From contig OX597823.1 in NCBI GenBank assembly GCA_951406725.2, positions 93,744,001 through 93,808,000 of the forward strand: a stretch of 64,000 nt of DNA, read 5' to 3'. The position numbers and the translations under genes were made by a program. Below the pieces are notes generated by a model. The model was given only the letters and a program-made list of their open reading frames with translations, searched no databases and was not told the DNA's origin. Position 1 is the stretch's first letter, and each line of letters begins with the position of its first letter. This DNA is from Octopus vulgaris. Its lineage: Eukaryota. This document shows, in pieces, positions 14,010 through 28,855 of this stretch.

Positions 14010-14040
<31 letters not shown>

Positions 14041-14845
14041 ATATACATATATCAACCTACAATAAAGACATTTTCCTGCTGCCACTCATTCGTTTCCTAA
14101 TTGCAAACTGCATCCACAAATATATAGAACCGGAATGAAGAGGAAAAGGAAATATTAAACAAACTTCTAGGCCAGATTATTTAAACATCCATTGATTATC
14201 TAATACAACGTGGATAGTTTGAACCAGCAGGGATTAGGGTTGATTCCAGTATAGGCACCACGTGGTAAAGCAGATAGTATCTTGGCGTCAGGTAGTTGAT
14301 GGTCTGTAGTGTTTGACGATTCAATATCTGTTACAGATGTAGCTGGTACTGAGCCGAGCGGTTTTGAAAACGTTTGGAAAGAAATTAGCTTGCGGATCAA
14401 GCACTTTTTTTTTGTGAATATGGCTGAATAATCTTAGGTCGTACTCACAGAACGCTGATTAAAAATCATCGGGCTATGGGAAACCGGTGAGTTTATATAT
14501 TGCAATTATGAATCTGTCGAGTAAGTAGTTGGCTGGTCTTTCCAGATTACCAAAAATCAGTAGATTAAAGCTATCTTATGGTATAGCACCATAGGCAAAG
14601 CCATGAAATCAAAGACACGACTAGCACTTTAACTAGTACAAACACACGACATGGCCAGGATTTGAACTCCTAATGTAAAAGCCAGAACAAATATCGCCCT
14701 AACACTTCTGGCACACAAGTCACTAGACAACGAGGTGGGTTTCACTGAAATCAGGATTCATAGCTTAATTTATTTTATTTTCCATTTATTTTCTTCCCTT
14801 CCGTCTACGAGACTCCAATACCAATATATGAATATATATATATAC

Positions 14846-14921
<76 letters not shown>

Positions 14922-14947
14922 ATATATATATAAATATATGTATATAT

Positions 14948-14988
<41 letters not shown>

Positions 14989-15666
14989 TGTATGTATACG
15001 TATATATATACACACACACATATATATACATAACTTATAACTTTTCAATATATGTAATCCTAGAGGTGACATATTATGCATGCTTTTAAAATCTTCTGCA
15101 TTTCCACGCAAATATGTCTAAGAATAAAGCACTATTCAAATTTCCATTAATAATATCAGGAATAGAAATGTTTTAAACGAATTTTGGTCATGCTAAGAAC
15201 AACTGAGGTGAGATCTTTTTTTTTTTTTCTAAAGGAAAAGGTTATAGATGGTAGAATTAAATTTTGTGACCATTTATTTTTCCATAAATGCAATGCATTT
15301 AATATCCGGGAGAATTGATGATATAGTCATGAACGCAATCAGGAAATATTTCAACCCCTTCTATTGCGTGCAATCATTATGATGGGAAAATGAAATTTCC
15401 AGAAATTCTCCAATGTGAAAAGGAAAGTAAAAGAGAAATGCTTTTTTAACGTATACTCTCATAAGTTGTGGATATGGGTGTATGCAGGCTTTTAAGTATG
15501 CGGTTATGCTCAAGCCTGATTTTCTGAATGTATTTTCATATATGTGTAGATGCACACACAAACACTTACAAACACACATACACACACAAACACTTACAAA
15601 CACACATGCACACACAAACACATCACACGCACGCACAAAGACACACATATGCATATATGCGTATAC

Positions 15667-15710
<44 letters not shown>

Positions 15711-16453
15711 GTATATATATATGTATAGCATGCATATATACATATAGGCGTGTATAAGTATATGTGTGTGTGTACACTATATGATTATATCTATATATAT
15801 ATATATATATATCAGTCTATCTCTATATAAGTGTGTATGTATCATATTACACACACACACACACACACAGAAATAGACAGACAGATAGATAGATAGCTAC
15901 ACATGCACACATACATATACACCTACATATATATATATATATATATACATATATCTATCTATCTGTATATATATATGTATGTGTGTGTGTGTGTGTGTGT
16001 ATGTATGTGTGTGTGTGTGTATCTATCTGTGTATCTGTGTATGTATTATATTACACACTGAGAAATAGACAGACATACCGACAGATAGATAGATAGATAC
16101 GTACATACATACATACATACATACTCTATAATTTTGTAGTCGGGGATTATCCTACAGGTAATGCGGCAAACCAATTCGTAAAGAACGCAGAAAAGTATGA
16201 AAGGCGAGATCTACAGTCAAAGAATGTGTTCAGTTCAGACAATTATGCCGGAGAGTGTAGTTCGTTAAATATTTAAGCTTCTAACTACTAATATATCATA
16301 CATCGGCCATATAAACAAAAATTAACGGAGCCTGGATATATGAAGAGTAAACATATCATAGGACATTCAAACTACGAATTCGTTCTTCAGTATAAAGACG
16401 CCTCGTCATATATATGCTTGAGCGCTTGTACCAATATATGTTTATATACACAC

Positions 16454-16502
<49 letters not shown>

Positions 16503-16533
16503 CGTGTGTTTGTGTGTTTGTGTGTGTGTGTGT

Positions 16534-16831
16534 GAGGCGCGATGGCCCACTGGTTAGCGCAGGGGACTCGCGGTCGTAAGATCACAGTTTCGATTTCCAG
16601 ACTGGGTTATGTGAGTGTTTATTAAGCGGAAACACCCAAAGCTCCACGAGGCTCCGGCAGGGGGTGGTGGTGATCCCTGCTGTACTCTTTCGCCACAATT
16701 TTCCCTCTCTCTTTCTTCTGTTGGCCTGCTCACTTACCCAGCCGTGTGGCGTCATTTGAAGGCTAAAACAATGTGAAGCGCATTGTGACCAACGATGTGT
16801 AGCAACATCTGGTCGGTAATGTGATCACGTG

Positions 16832-16832
<1 letters not shown>
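16534..16832 (+). mobile_element. SINE family C, tail type 1
   Basis: gaggcgcgatggcccactggttagcgcagg...gtttcgatttccagac...gtgatcacgtga. Confidence 0.9.
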
Positions 16833-16877
<45 letters not shown>

Positions 16878-16884
16878 ATACATA

Positions 16885-16947
<63 letters not shown>

Positions 16948-16989
16948 ATGTGTATGTATATAAAGCGCCAAACTGTCTGAATTGTTTGC

Positions 16990-17185
16990 ATGCCGGACAC
17001 TATGTTTAGGTGTTTAGTGGCATTTCATCCTTCGTTACGCCCTGAGTTCCAATTCAGCCGAGGTCGACTTTGACTTTCGCCCTTTTGGGGTCGACAAATT
17101 AAGTACCAGTGAGACACTGGCGTGGATGCAACTGACTATTTTCCCTCTCCGTAAATTACAGGCCTTGTGCCAAAATCTGAAACCA
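16990..17185 (+). mobile_element. SINE family A copy, degraded
   Basis: ctgagttccaattcagccgaggtcgactttgactttcgcccttttggggtcgacaaattaagtaccagt. Confidence 0.8.
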
Positions 17186-17663
17186 GCAGGTGCCGCAGAA
17201 TGGCCACAGCTCTTGAGCTGAAGCTAGATCAAATCAAATCAAAATACGTACATGTATGGGTCTGTGTTTGTGTGTATGTGTGTGTGTGTGTGTGTGAGTA
17301 TGTTTCTCAGCGTGTGCACACATGAAACCTTAAGGAAATTCGGATTATAGAATCACCTACAGAAGATATATTCAATCATTATTTGATTTCTGGCATCGCT
17401 TCAAAACGTTATTTGAAATATTTCCTGCAAGACTCTGAGGAATCAAGGATTTACTTTAAAAACAAGTTTCACTCATAAAAACAGCAAGATGCTTCTATTA
17501 ATATATTCGTAGACTTCAGCTTTCTAACCATTTCGGTTCCTCTGCGGTCGTTTCAACAGATGCGTTATTTTGGCTGTCGTTTGATGTGTTGAACATCAAA
17601 GCGACTGACCGAAGATGGCTGTGATGGCGATTAAGATTATATGTGTGTGTGTATATGTGTATG

Positions 17664-17719
<56 letters not shown>

Positions 17720-17735
17720 CATATATATATGTATG

Positions 17736-17806
<71 letters not shown>

Positions 17807-17850
17807 TATATATATATATAATAAATGTGTATGTGTGTTTGGCTGTGTGC

Positions 17851-17884
<34 letters not shown>

Positions 17885-17971
17885 CATATACATACATATA
17901 GATAAAGACATAACGAGAGTGGTATAGATAAATGGATAGAGAGAATGTTAACTAAATAGATTGATAGATAC

Positions 17972-18020
<49 letters not shown>

Positions 18021-18276
18021 CATACATACATACATACATACATACATACATACATACATACATGCGTACGTACGTACGTGCATACATACTTACGTACATA
18101 CATACATACGTTCATACATACAAATAGAGAATAGTATACATATAAATAAATGAATACATATTTACACATGCATAAAGATACACATCATATAGACACGAAT
18201 ATATACACGTTTGCACATATGCGCATTACTGTATAAACATATTCACAAACATTCCCGCATACACACACACATATAA

Positions 18277-18336
<60 letters not shown>

Positions 18337-18429
18337 ATGTATGTATGCGTATATGTGTGTCTGTTTGTGTGTGTGTAAACATATAAATATATATTTGTGT
18401 GTGTGTGTGAACGTGCATGTGTGTGGGCT

Positions 18430-19510
18430 TATCTTATCATCTTTTAACGGTCACTAGTTTCAACCAGAAGCTGAGGAAACGCTAGGACATCGTCTTTTAG
18501 TGAGATTTGGAGATTTTTTTTTTCTGAATTGCTTTTCGTGAGGCAGCGAGTTGGACGGAGCTGCTCTTCTTTGTGTCTTCTACTGCGGTTTGGGTTCATC
18601 TAGCATCGCAGAGGAAAAATTCCTCCGCTTATTATTTGACAACCTCCACATCTACAGCTGGCAAATCTCTGAGGTGATTTGACAGAATGTTGAATAGTTT
18701 TTTGGGGACACTTGAAACCTTACTTGTTACAGCTGCTAGATGGAGAAGATGGATCTCTCGTACTAGGCAACGCCTTCCACTTCGGTCACTGATATAATTT
18801 TCAATTCCATCACTGCATATCTTTCGCATCTTTTCTTTTAGGTTCTGTTAGCCTCTGCTAATAGCTATTCCGTTGCAGCGAGTCAATCATTTTCGTGTAG
18901 TGGAGTTCGGTTGCCTCAGTTTCCGGCACCAATTTGTCACTGCGGTGAAAACACATCGGAACAGTAGTCCAGACGACGGAGAACGAAAGGTCTCATAATC
19001 CATTCAGCTATTCGCCCGCAGAGTGTTGCCATCTTGGTAACATGAAGACAGAATGTTGCATCATTACTCGTCTGGATTCCCATGTCACGCTCCGTCTCAA
19101 ACGCTGGGATTGCTCTATCCTATGGTTCTCTTTATTGTAATTACGGTCTGTTTGTGGTCCGATAGTGGAGTCCTTGAAAACTCTCAGCATTGAACTGAAT
19201 GTTGTTTCCAACTGTTCATTCAGGGCTTTCTCCAGTTTCAGGATGTCATCAGAGTCCTTGAAAACCTATGATACATTTGTATTATCAGCATAGCTGTGAG
19301 AGTGGTTCAACTAATGACTGAAGGCGTGTCTGAGACAGCTACTAAACGCACAAGTGGCCTCAGTGTAGTCTACTGAGAGACTCCGCTGCTAGTTGATGTC
19401 TCTCTAGAGAGAGCATCATTGTCTGCAACTGTGTGACTTCTACCTTTTCAAAAGTCATGTAGCCACCTCTCTAATCCTTCACCGATGACAAGTCGGCGAA
19501 GTCACTTGGT
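18430..19510 (-). mobile_element. Highly degraded CR1-like LINE remnant (RT core to C-terminus)
   Basis: Minus strand: SGVSQ*TTLRPL (SGVPQGTVLGP), SYADNTNV (YADDT), and KLFNILSNHLRDL..VDVEVVK (ORF 18632..18829) followed by ..LDEP. Confidence 0.75.
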
Positions 19511-19749
19511 TCTATGTTCTGTTGTTTTTTGGGGGGTTTTATTTTGTTTTTGTGTTTTGAGGAATTCTAATTGTTACTTGTTACCTGTATTCACCTGACA
19601 AAATCGTTATTTTTTTACTGGATGTTACTGGATGTAACACTTTTGTTCAACAATAAAGAACACGTCTGGAACACACACACACACGCACACATATAAACAC
19701 CGGCATATATATATTTAAAGTCAATATATGTGTCTATATATACACACGT

Positions 19750-20058
19750 GGAAGCGCAATGGCCCAGTGATTAGGGCAGCGGACTCACGGTTGTAGGATC
19801 ACGGTTTCGATTCCCAGACCGGGCGTCTGAGTGTTTATTGAGCGAAAGCACCCAAAACTCCACGAGGCTTCGGCAGGGGGTGGTGGCGATCACTGCTGTA
19901 CTTTTTCGCCACAACTTTCTCTCACACTTTCTTCTGCTGGCCTGCTCGCTTAGCCAGCGAGGTGGCGTCATTTGAAGGCTAAAACAATGCGAAGTGCATT
20001 GTGACCAGCGATGTGTAGTAACACCTGATAACCTGGTCGATCACAGTGATCACGGTGA
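19750..20058 (+). mobile_element. SINE family C, tail type 1
   Basis: Same head and tail as 9643-9937. Confidence 0.9.
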
Positions 20059-20450
20059 TACACACACATGCACCCGCGTGCACGCACACACATATACGTC
20101 TTTTAGCTCGAACACGCGAAGTTAAAGATAACGTTTGTCGCATAAAATTTTTCATACTTATATATACTGATCATCCTTCTTAAGACAGTGCAACGTGTGA
20201 TTTGAAGATATTTTTCCTAATTTCTACCTTGGCCAAACAAACCGTAGAAGCATTCAATACGTCTTTGTCTATTTCGGGTTCTACACTAATAATTTACGAG
20301 CCTGATCTTTACAATTTGGAACTGCAGCGGCTAATTTAAGCATTTCTATTTACCGCGTAGGGACTCCAATAATTGCTCCAGTAAGATACCGTTACAGACA
20401 TTTTTATTACTACTTCAACACTTATATTTATTTATCGCATTTTAAAGTCA

Positions 20451-20494
20451 TAACAGCAGCAGCAGCAGCGGCGGCGGCAGCAGTGGCAGCAGCT

Positions 20495-20528
<34 letters not shown>

Positions 20529-20557
20529 CAGCAGCAGCAGCAGCAGCTCTGCTTGTG

Positions 20558-20631
<74 letters not shown>

Positions 20632-20763
20632 GGCGGTGAGCTGGCAGAATGTTTAGCACGATGGACGAAATGTTTAGCAGTATTTCGCCCGTCGTTGCAT
20701 TCTGAGTTCAAATTCTACCGTGGTTGACTTTGCTTTTCATCCTTTCGATTCTGCCGGCTCGCC

Positions 20764-20833
<70 letters not shown>

Positions 20834-21102
20834 AATAATGATAATAATAATGAAAATAATAATGATAATAATAATAATAATAATCCGTTCTACTATAGGC
20901 ACATGGCCTCAAATTTCGGGGGAGGGGGTATAGTCGATTACACGGACCTCAGTACTCAACTGGTACTTAATTTATCGACCCCGAAAGAATGGAAGGCAAA
21001 ATCGATCATGGCAGAATTTGAACTCAGAACGTAGCAACGTAGCGACGAGCGAAATACTGCTAATCATTTCGTCCAGTGTGCTAACGATTCTGCCAGCTCA
21101 GC

Positions 21103-21168
<66 letters not shown>

Positions 21169-21190
21169 TGATGATGACGATGATGATAAT
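20451..21190. repeat. Trinucleotide tracts (CAG, TAG, TAA, GAT) interleaved with SINE family A pieces (20631-20745 +, 20885-21103 -)
   Basis: Visible triplet repeats. aggcggtgagctggcagaat...ctgagttcaaattc and its reverse complement. Confidence 0.85.
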
Positions 21191-21522
21191 AATTGTAGTT
21201 GTGTGATTTCTTGTCTGCTAACGTTAGTAGTTATTGCTTGTTCTTTCTTGCAGGCCAGTAAGCAATATAACACAGGCGTTTTTATTAATGTCGCCGTATT
21301 GAGTATTTTTGAAAACTTTTTTTCTTCGTTTGTGCTTTTCATGTTATTCTTTTAGACAGACGAAAATGTGCAGCCAATGTGTCGATTTGTATAACTATGA
21401 TGCGCAGCAGAAAAACAAAAAGAAAAAAGATTCTGGTGAATCTCTAGCATTGTTGCAACAATGTCAACAGCGTCTGTGTTGTCATTTGACATGGGTTGTG
21501 TTCTTCACAAAAGAAATATATA

Positions 21523-21752
21523 TGTTTCTTTACTGCCCACAATGGGCTAAACATAGACGGGACAAACAAGGACAGACAAACGGATTAAGTCGATTACATC
21601 GACCCCAGTGCGTAACTGGTACTTAATTTATCGACCCCGAAACGATGAAAGGCAAAGTCGACCTCGGTGGAATTTGAACTCAGAACGTAACGGCAGACGA
21701 AATACGGCCACGCATTTCGCCCGGCGTGCTAACGGTTTTGCCAGCTCGCCAC
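21523..21752 (-). mobile_element. SINE family A, full length, with target-site duplication
   Basis: Reverse complement of 51621-51853, flanked by ttcacaaaagaaatatat / ttcacaaaaaatatat. Confidence 0.9.
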
Positions 21753-22602
21753 CTTTCACAAAAAATATATTTGTTTCAGCGGCTCACTTCAGTCACTTCT
21801 CAGTACATAGCAAGAGAATGTATTTTATTCACATTTTTAAATGTACTGTTATTGTATACAAGATAGGGGTTTTGACAGTTTCTATAAATGTGGCTGTCAA
21901 TTAGCTTCAAGGGTACACTAATGAATTAATTACTCATGAGGCAGGAGTTCAAACACCATTATATTTCTGAGCAGGCCAGTTCAGTGTAAAATATCTGTTT
22001 ACGCAGCTGTCTGGAATACATACAATTAGCAAGTCATTTGGGAAAGTTACCTGACATACTCACAAATTATGTATTTCAGTATTTATGAAACTAAATTCAG
22101 GGAACTGCTTGTTTTGGTATTTTACAAATACCAAATTTGTCGAAATTTACGACGAATATTACACTACATTATCTGCGAGAACATTTCTTGTGTTCTTGAT
22201 ACAATAAACTATAGAAAATACCACATTGCATTTAGCCATCACTGTGTTACATTGAATACAACACTTCACCTTTATCTATATACGCAATATCATCGGCGCA
22301 GAAAAAAAAAAGCTGCATGTTTCAACTGCACAGTACAAAAGGCTGCTGCTTTTTCTCTATACACGAATATATTGCGTTTACAGTTCTACATCCGTAATCA
22401 CATATTGTGCTGACTAAAAATGCATATATATATCGTCTAGCTTATTTTTATAGTTATGAAATGAAACACTATTTATTCTTTTAATCTCTTGGTTTTTTTT
22501 TTACTTGTTTCAGTCATTTTGACTGCATCCATGCTGGAACACCGCCTTTAATCGAACCAATCGACTCCAGGACTTATTCTAAATTGTATTATTCACATTG
22601 AG

Positions 22603-23122
22603 AAGACCTCTCATGTGGAACGCTAGTAAAAGCATTCGTTCTTATATCGCTTACAGACGAGAGTCACTATCTGCGGTTGCCGGAACGGCCAGATCACTGT
22701 ATTTCCCTCTATTTGGGACTCCTTAGTGACAGATATCCTGTAGCGACATAACAGTCGAATCTACAGTCAAAGTTATATAAAATATCAGTGTCTGTTCTGG
22801 CACTGGTGGTACGAATGGGCAATGGGCTTATCAAAAATTAATTCAGTCACAGAAGCGGTATTAAAACCGAAAGGTAATCTTCATCTCTATTCTGAAAACA
22901 GAATACTTCGTTCTTTACCCTGAGGAGATTTCTCATTAAGGACATATGGTGCATTAAAACCTTCGTACTTATACCGTTCAAAAACGAGAACCATCTGCAA
23001 TGATCACCGGTACTACCATATCACGGAATTTCGCTGTTTCGGGGTTCCTCAGTGACAGACACTCCGTAGTAACATAACAGTCTGGGCCTACGAAACTGAC
23101 AAAAGTTATAGAAAAAATACAG
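22603..23122. repeat. Old diverged direct duplication (~190 bp, period ~325 bp)
   Basis: ttcgttcttatatcg...ccagatcactgtatttc...ccttagtgacagata...acataacagtc versus ttcgtacttataccg...ccatatcacggaatttc...cctcagtgacagaca...acataacagtc. Confidence 0.6.
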
Positions 23123-23141
23123 GAATATAAAATAGCATATA

Positions 23142-23553
23142 GGTGCAGGAGTGGCTGTGTGGTAAGTAGCTTGCTAACCAACCACATGGTTTCGGGTTCA
23201 GTCTCACTGCGTAGCATCTTGGGCAAGTGTCTTCTGCTATAGCCCCAGGCCGACCAATGCCTTGTGAGTGGATTTGGTAGACGGAAACTGAAAGAAGCCT
23301 GTCGTATATATGTATATATATATGTATGTGCGTGTGTGTTTGCGTGTCTGTGTTTGTCCCCCTAGCATTGCTTGACAACCGATGCCGGTGTGTTTACGTC
23401 CCCGTCACTTAGCGGTTTGGCAAAAAAAGAGGCCGATAGAATAAGTACTGGGCTTACAAAAAATAAGTCCCGGGGTCGATTTGCTCGACTAAAGGCGGTG
23501 CTCCAGCATGGCCGCAGTTAAATGACTGAAACAAGTAAAAGAGAGTAAAGAGT
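23142..23553 (+). mobile_element. SINE family B, full-length reference copy (major octopus-type SINE)
   Basis: A box tggctgtgtgg, B box gggttcagtct, CORE-like cttgggcaagtgtcttct, internal (TA)/(TG) tract and tail gactgaaacaagtaaaaga. Confidence 0.92.
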
Positions 23554-23869
23554 ATATAACATAAATCTTTGAATTATTAAAAACCCTCCGACTCAATATG
23601 ATGTGTTATAATTACGAAACGGCAGTTAAAATCAGCTTCGTACGAGATAATCACAAGATTTAAATTAACTTTAAAGTTGATATGTCATTAAGGAAAAGGT
23701 CAGGTTTTTTTCTCTAGAAATAATCGAACAGTGGTGAGCATGTGTTTCTGGTCCCATGGCTCTCATAAATTTGACCATTGTCCGACCTTATTACTAGTAG
23801 CCAAAATACCTATGCAAAGAAAAAAAAAAAAACAGGAGAAAATATTTATAGCCGAAATAATTGAGCCGA

Positions 23870-24155
23870 GAAAAATAACTCAGAATCGCCAATGGCAGGA
23901 ATTCGAAATTAATGTGCAAGTGACCTAGAGCTCTGCAAACACACCCAGACCCTAAGCGTATTTGTAAGGAAGATTCAACGTGATACAAATTGTGATCCGG
24001 CTGGCCATTTGTACAACTCATTTTTGCCGGTTCAGTAGAATGAAGCAAAGTGAAACAACGTATCTTACTCAATGACACAACGCGCTGTCGGGGAATTAAA
24101 CTCATGACCATATGGTCGTGACCCGCACACCTGAATCACTAAGCCATGCGCCTTC
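23870..24155 (-). mobile_element. Older tRNA/CORE-like SINE related to family C tail type 2; similar copy at ~44900-45170
   Basis: Minus strand ggcgcatggcttagtgattcagg...gagtttaattccc...gttgtgtcattgagtaagatac. The 3' part resembles gaaattaacgtgtaagtggctgagcactccacagacac at 25536. Confidence 0.65.
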
Positions 24156-24563
24156 ATCCATAGAAAATTACAGGTTCATCAAATACCATCCAAATTCTTG
24201 GTTTATTTAAATTAGCGCCGCCTCTGAAGGATGTTTCCTAATTACCAAATGGCAATGAAAACTAGCGCCATTGAAATATATAGAAAGATTAGGTACTGGA
24301 ACTATTTCTCGTGCTTCTACTACGCATGAATTCTGAACAAATTCTCTTTCAGTAAGTACATGAAAGACAGAAGGTAGCACTTTAATTTGCTAAGAAACAT
24401 TAACAAGCAAACCTTCTAGTTAGAACTTAGATTTAAATCAAGTAGAAAAATTGTAGACATACGGTCACTCGACTTACGAAAGATAAGAGAAGACCCTAAA
24501 TTCGTATGTGCTTGACTTGGCAGATGCAAGAAGCATTTAATTAGGTAATCCTACATATAGTAT

Positions 24564-24765
24564 TGGGCGAGTTTACGAAAAAAACAAAAGACGAAAACAG
24601 GTGGTGTACAAAACAAACAGATGTATTAGTATAACGCTCAGGAATAGAAAAAGTATTTTACGTTTCAAACCTACGCTCTTCTACAGAAAGGGACACGGAA
24701 AAAACGAGAGAAACAAGGAGAGAAAAAAAGGAGAGAAAAAAGGAGAGAGAAAATGTGTGTAGTCT
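24564..24765 (-). mobile_element. Penelope-type pseudo-LTR repeat with a hammerhead-like motif
   Basis: Reverse complement ccctttctgtagaagagcgtaggtttgaaacgtaaaatac...gagcgttatactaatacatctgtttgttttgtacaccacctg. Homologous to 42439-42592 and 5190-5340. Confidence 0.7.
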
Positions 24766-25468
24766 ATAAAGTTTGGATGGTCATAGACGGAATATCTTTG
24801 ATATAAATCGGATTATTTAGGACTGAACTCTGCTACCACAAAACTAATGGCCCACGCATTCGATACAACTACTCTGTGGACTGCCAATGTGCTAGTAATA
24901 GTAGCCATTACACACAAGCTGTTTGATCGACGGGCAAGGATTCGTTCCATGTTGCGGGAAATCTTTAAACAAGTACGAAGCATCCTACATGGGACATTGG
25001 TACTCGTTGGTACCAACGTTCCATGTAGCAGGCACGATAATTGCTGAGAGGTTTCTCTCGGCATAAAACGAATGGAAGCTTTGTAAAACCACAAATAAAG
25101 AATATTTATCTACAAACTACCAATACGATGTTGAGCACCCATTTTCTCTCTTTGGTATTATACATACATACATACATACATACACAATTAGGATGCTAGG
25201 TTTTGTTAGTAAATGCCTTAAGAAGTATGTGGATAAACTAAGAATTTCAGAAAGAGAAATCAATTGGCTAATTCGTACATGTCCAATCTGTGAGTGGAAT
25301 AGTAAAAATATGGAGAGTTTTCTCGAGTTCCAAATGAGGATTTGTCTGTGCTAACTACATCCCGAAGATGTAGCCTTGTATCTTTGTTGGAAATTGGCTC
25401 TCTACACAGTGGAAGATTTATAGTAATTAAAATATATGTGTGTGTATATATATATATTTTTTTTGTTT

Positions 25469-25970
<502 letters not shown>

Positions 25971-26080
25971 CACATATAGTGTATAATATATATATATATG
26001 TGTAAATATATATTTTTATATACATATATACCCATATATAATGTATATATATTTATACACAAACACACACATAAATATAT

Positions 26081-26294
26081 ATATGCTTTCTTTAAAGCAG
26101 CAGAAATTTCAACAAAACATGTTACTCTGAGTTTCCCGTTCCCGTTCGTCGGACAGTTTTTCTAGCAAACGTGAAACTCAGAGTAACAGGTTTTGTTGGA
26201 TTTTCTGCTGCTTTAAATAAAGCATATTACTCTACCACTGGTATTTGAGTACTCTTTTTTCCACTTTGTTTCACATTTATGTGTTTACTCCGGT
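26081..26294. repeat. Repeat with ~60-bp inverted arms (26081-26140 / 26168-26227), Penelope pseudo-LTR-like; second copy at 28745-28858
   Basis: atatgctttctttaaagcagcagaaatttcaacaaaacatgttactctgagtttc versus gaaactcagagtaacaggttttgttggattttctgctgctttaaataaagcatat. Confidence 0.8.
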
Positions 26295-26791
26295 ATATAT
26301 ATAGATATATATATATACACAAACGCTGAAATACGTAACCTCGGAACATTAGTGGACAACAGTAATACATTTATGAGATTAATACAAAGCAAGGACCGAA
26401 AATGATAGTAAAATTAAATATTCATATCAGCCGACGAAATGACAAGTAAATAAAGAAAGAAATCCTAGACATACCATGAAGACTCAATCTCATTTCAGTC
26501 TCATATTTATATTACGTTTTATGTGTACACATATGTATGTATATATATATGTGTGTGTGTGTATGTATGTATGTATGTATGTATGTATGTATGTGTGTAT
26601 GGATACGTAGATGTATATATATTCTCCTTTGTTCTTTCACTCCCTACGTTCTCCCTACTCTTACTCTATCTATAGACGCTTTGCGTATCTCTCTGTTACT
26701 CGATGAGGTTGTCTGTTCTCCAGATTACAATAAATCAATTCCTGGCTTCAATCCTCCATATCGTATACAATCATTCTATCTATTAATCCAA

Positions 26792-26825
<34 letters not shown>

Positions 26826-26861
26826 CTCTCCTCTCTGTGTTTCTTAATATACATACATATA

Positions 26862-26901
<40 letters not shown>

Positions 26902-27137
26902 TACTTACATACATAAATGCATACATACAGGCATACATACATAGATACATATACATACGTGTATATAGACACGCATGTATATGCACATATATCTATATAT
27001 ATATATATATTTATATACATATATATATGTGTGTATGTATGTGTGTGTATACGTATACAATATATGTATATACATATATATGTAGATATATATATGTGTG
27101 TGTGTGTGTATTTGTATGTGTATAGATATATATAGAG

Positions 27138-27231
<94 letters not shown>

Positions 27232-27372
27232 CTACATAGATACATACATATAGATTGGTCTCTCTCCCATTCATATATCAGCAAGTAGCCCTTTCTTATT
27301 TTATTCTTTATATCACCATAACGTGACAAAAATTAGCAAATACACACATTCGCACACACACACACACATTCG

Positions 27373-27417
<45 letters not shown>

Positions 27418-27873
27418 TCATACATATCACATCATAAGATAACGCCCATACGAAAAAATAATACATTAGCGAAAAACAGTAAGCCACATAGCAATATATT
27501 GATATTACTCAATACTCATTTAGTTTATAGTATTACGAGTAATAACACTCTTTTGGTCTCAGCATGACTAAAATGTACTTAAAACTGCAGGTGGCCGTTG
27601 CCATGTGTAGCAGTGTGCTGCAATCTGTGACGGTTCTCTTTCTCTGATGGAATCATTCAATAACGTTATTGTCAATCATTTTAACAAGCAAGAATCGCTT
27701 AGCAATTTTAGTTTTAGTGGTGCCAATTACGCTATACAGCACCAGTTCTCCAACCATTCTCATAATATATTTTCTATATACGTGTGTTTTCACGTTATAC
27801 ATATGCATATACATACATATATACACACACGCATATATATGTGTGTGTATGTATATATATATATATATATATA

Positions 27874-27912
<39 letters not shown>

Positions 27913-28068
27913 ATGTATATATATATATGTGTATGTGTGTGTATATATATATATTTATATTACAGATATACACATATATATATATAATATATAATAATGT
28001 ACATATATATATATATATATTATATTATAGATATACACATATATATATATAAGGTATAAATATATATA

Positions 28069-28451
28069 CTCTTTTACTCTTTTATTTATTTCAGTCATTT
28101 GACTGTGGCCATGCTGGAGCACCGCCTTTAGTCGAGTAAATCGACCCCATGACTTATTCTTTGTAAGTCTAGTACTTATACTATCGGATGTCTTTTGCCC
28201 AAATGCTAAGATACGGAGACGTAAACACACCAACATCGGCTGTCAAGTGATGTTGGGGGGACAAACACAGACAAACAAACATATACACAAACATACATAT
28301 AGATATACACATATACGACGGATTTCTTCCAGTTTCCACCAAGGCAAATCCACTCACAAGGGTTTGGTCGACCCGACGTTATAGTAGAATACAATTGCCC
28401 AAGGTGTCGTACAGTGGGACTGAACCCGGAACCATGTGATTGATAAGCAAG

Positions 28452-28452
<1 letters not shown>
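28069..28452 (-). mobile_element. SINE family B
   Basis: Reverse complement of the 23142 copy. Confidence 0.88.
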
Positions 28453-28506
<54 letters not shown>

Positions 28507-28855
28507 GTGTATACTCATACATAAAGTATTTATATGTAAAGCCAGACAGAGAAAGCGAGAGAGAGAGAGAGAGAGAGATAGAGAGAGAGACGAAGATGAG
28601 GGAGAGACAAAAAATTAGAAAAAGATGTATGCATAGAATAGAAATGGAGCAGACGTCAACTACGCAGAGCACAGCTTACTATCTTCTACAATTCTAGACG
28701 CGTTTTCCTATATATAATATATATATGTATATATATATATATATACCGGAGTAAGCATATAAATGTGAAACACGGTGGGAGAGAGAGTACTCAAATACCT
28801 GAGGTAGAGTAATATGCTTTATTTAAAAGCAGCAGAAATATAACAAAATATGTTA

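Noticed and set aside
14200-14620. Complex unique segment as a possible host exon
   Set aside because: Only a 66-aa frame with no recognisable motif or convincing splice sites; it needs RNA-seq or BLASTX.
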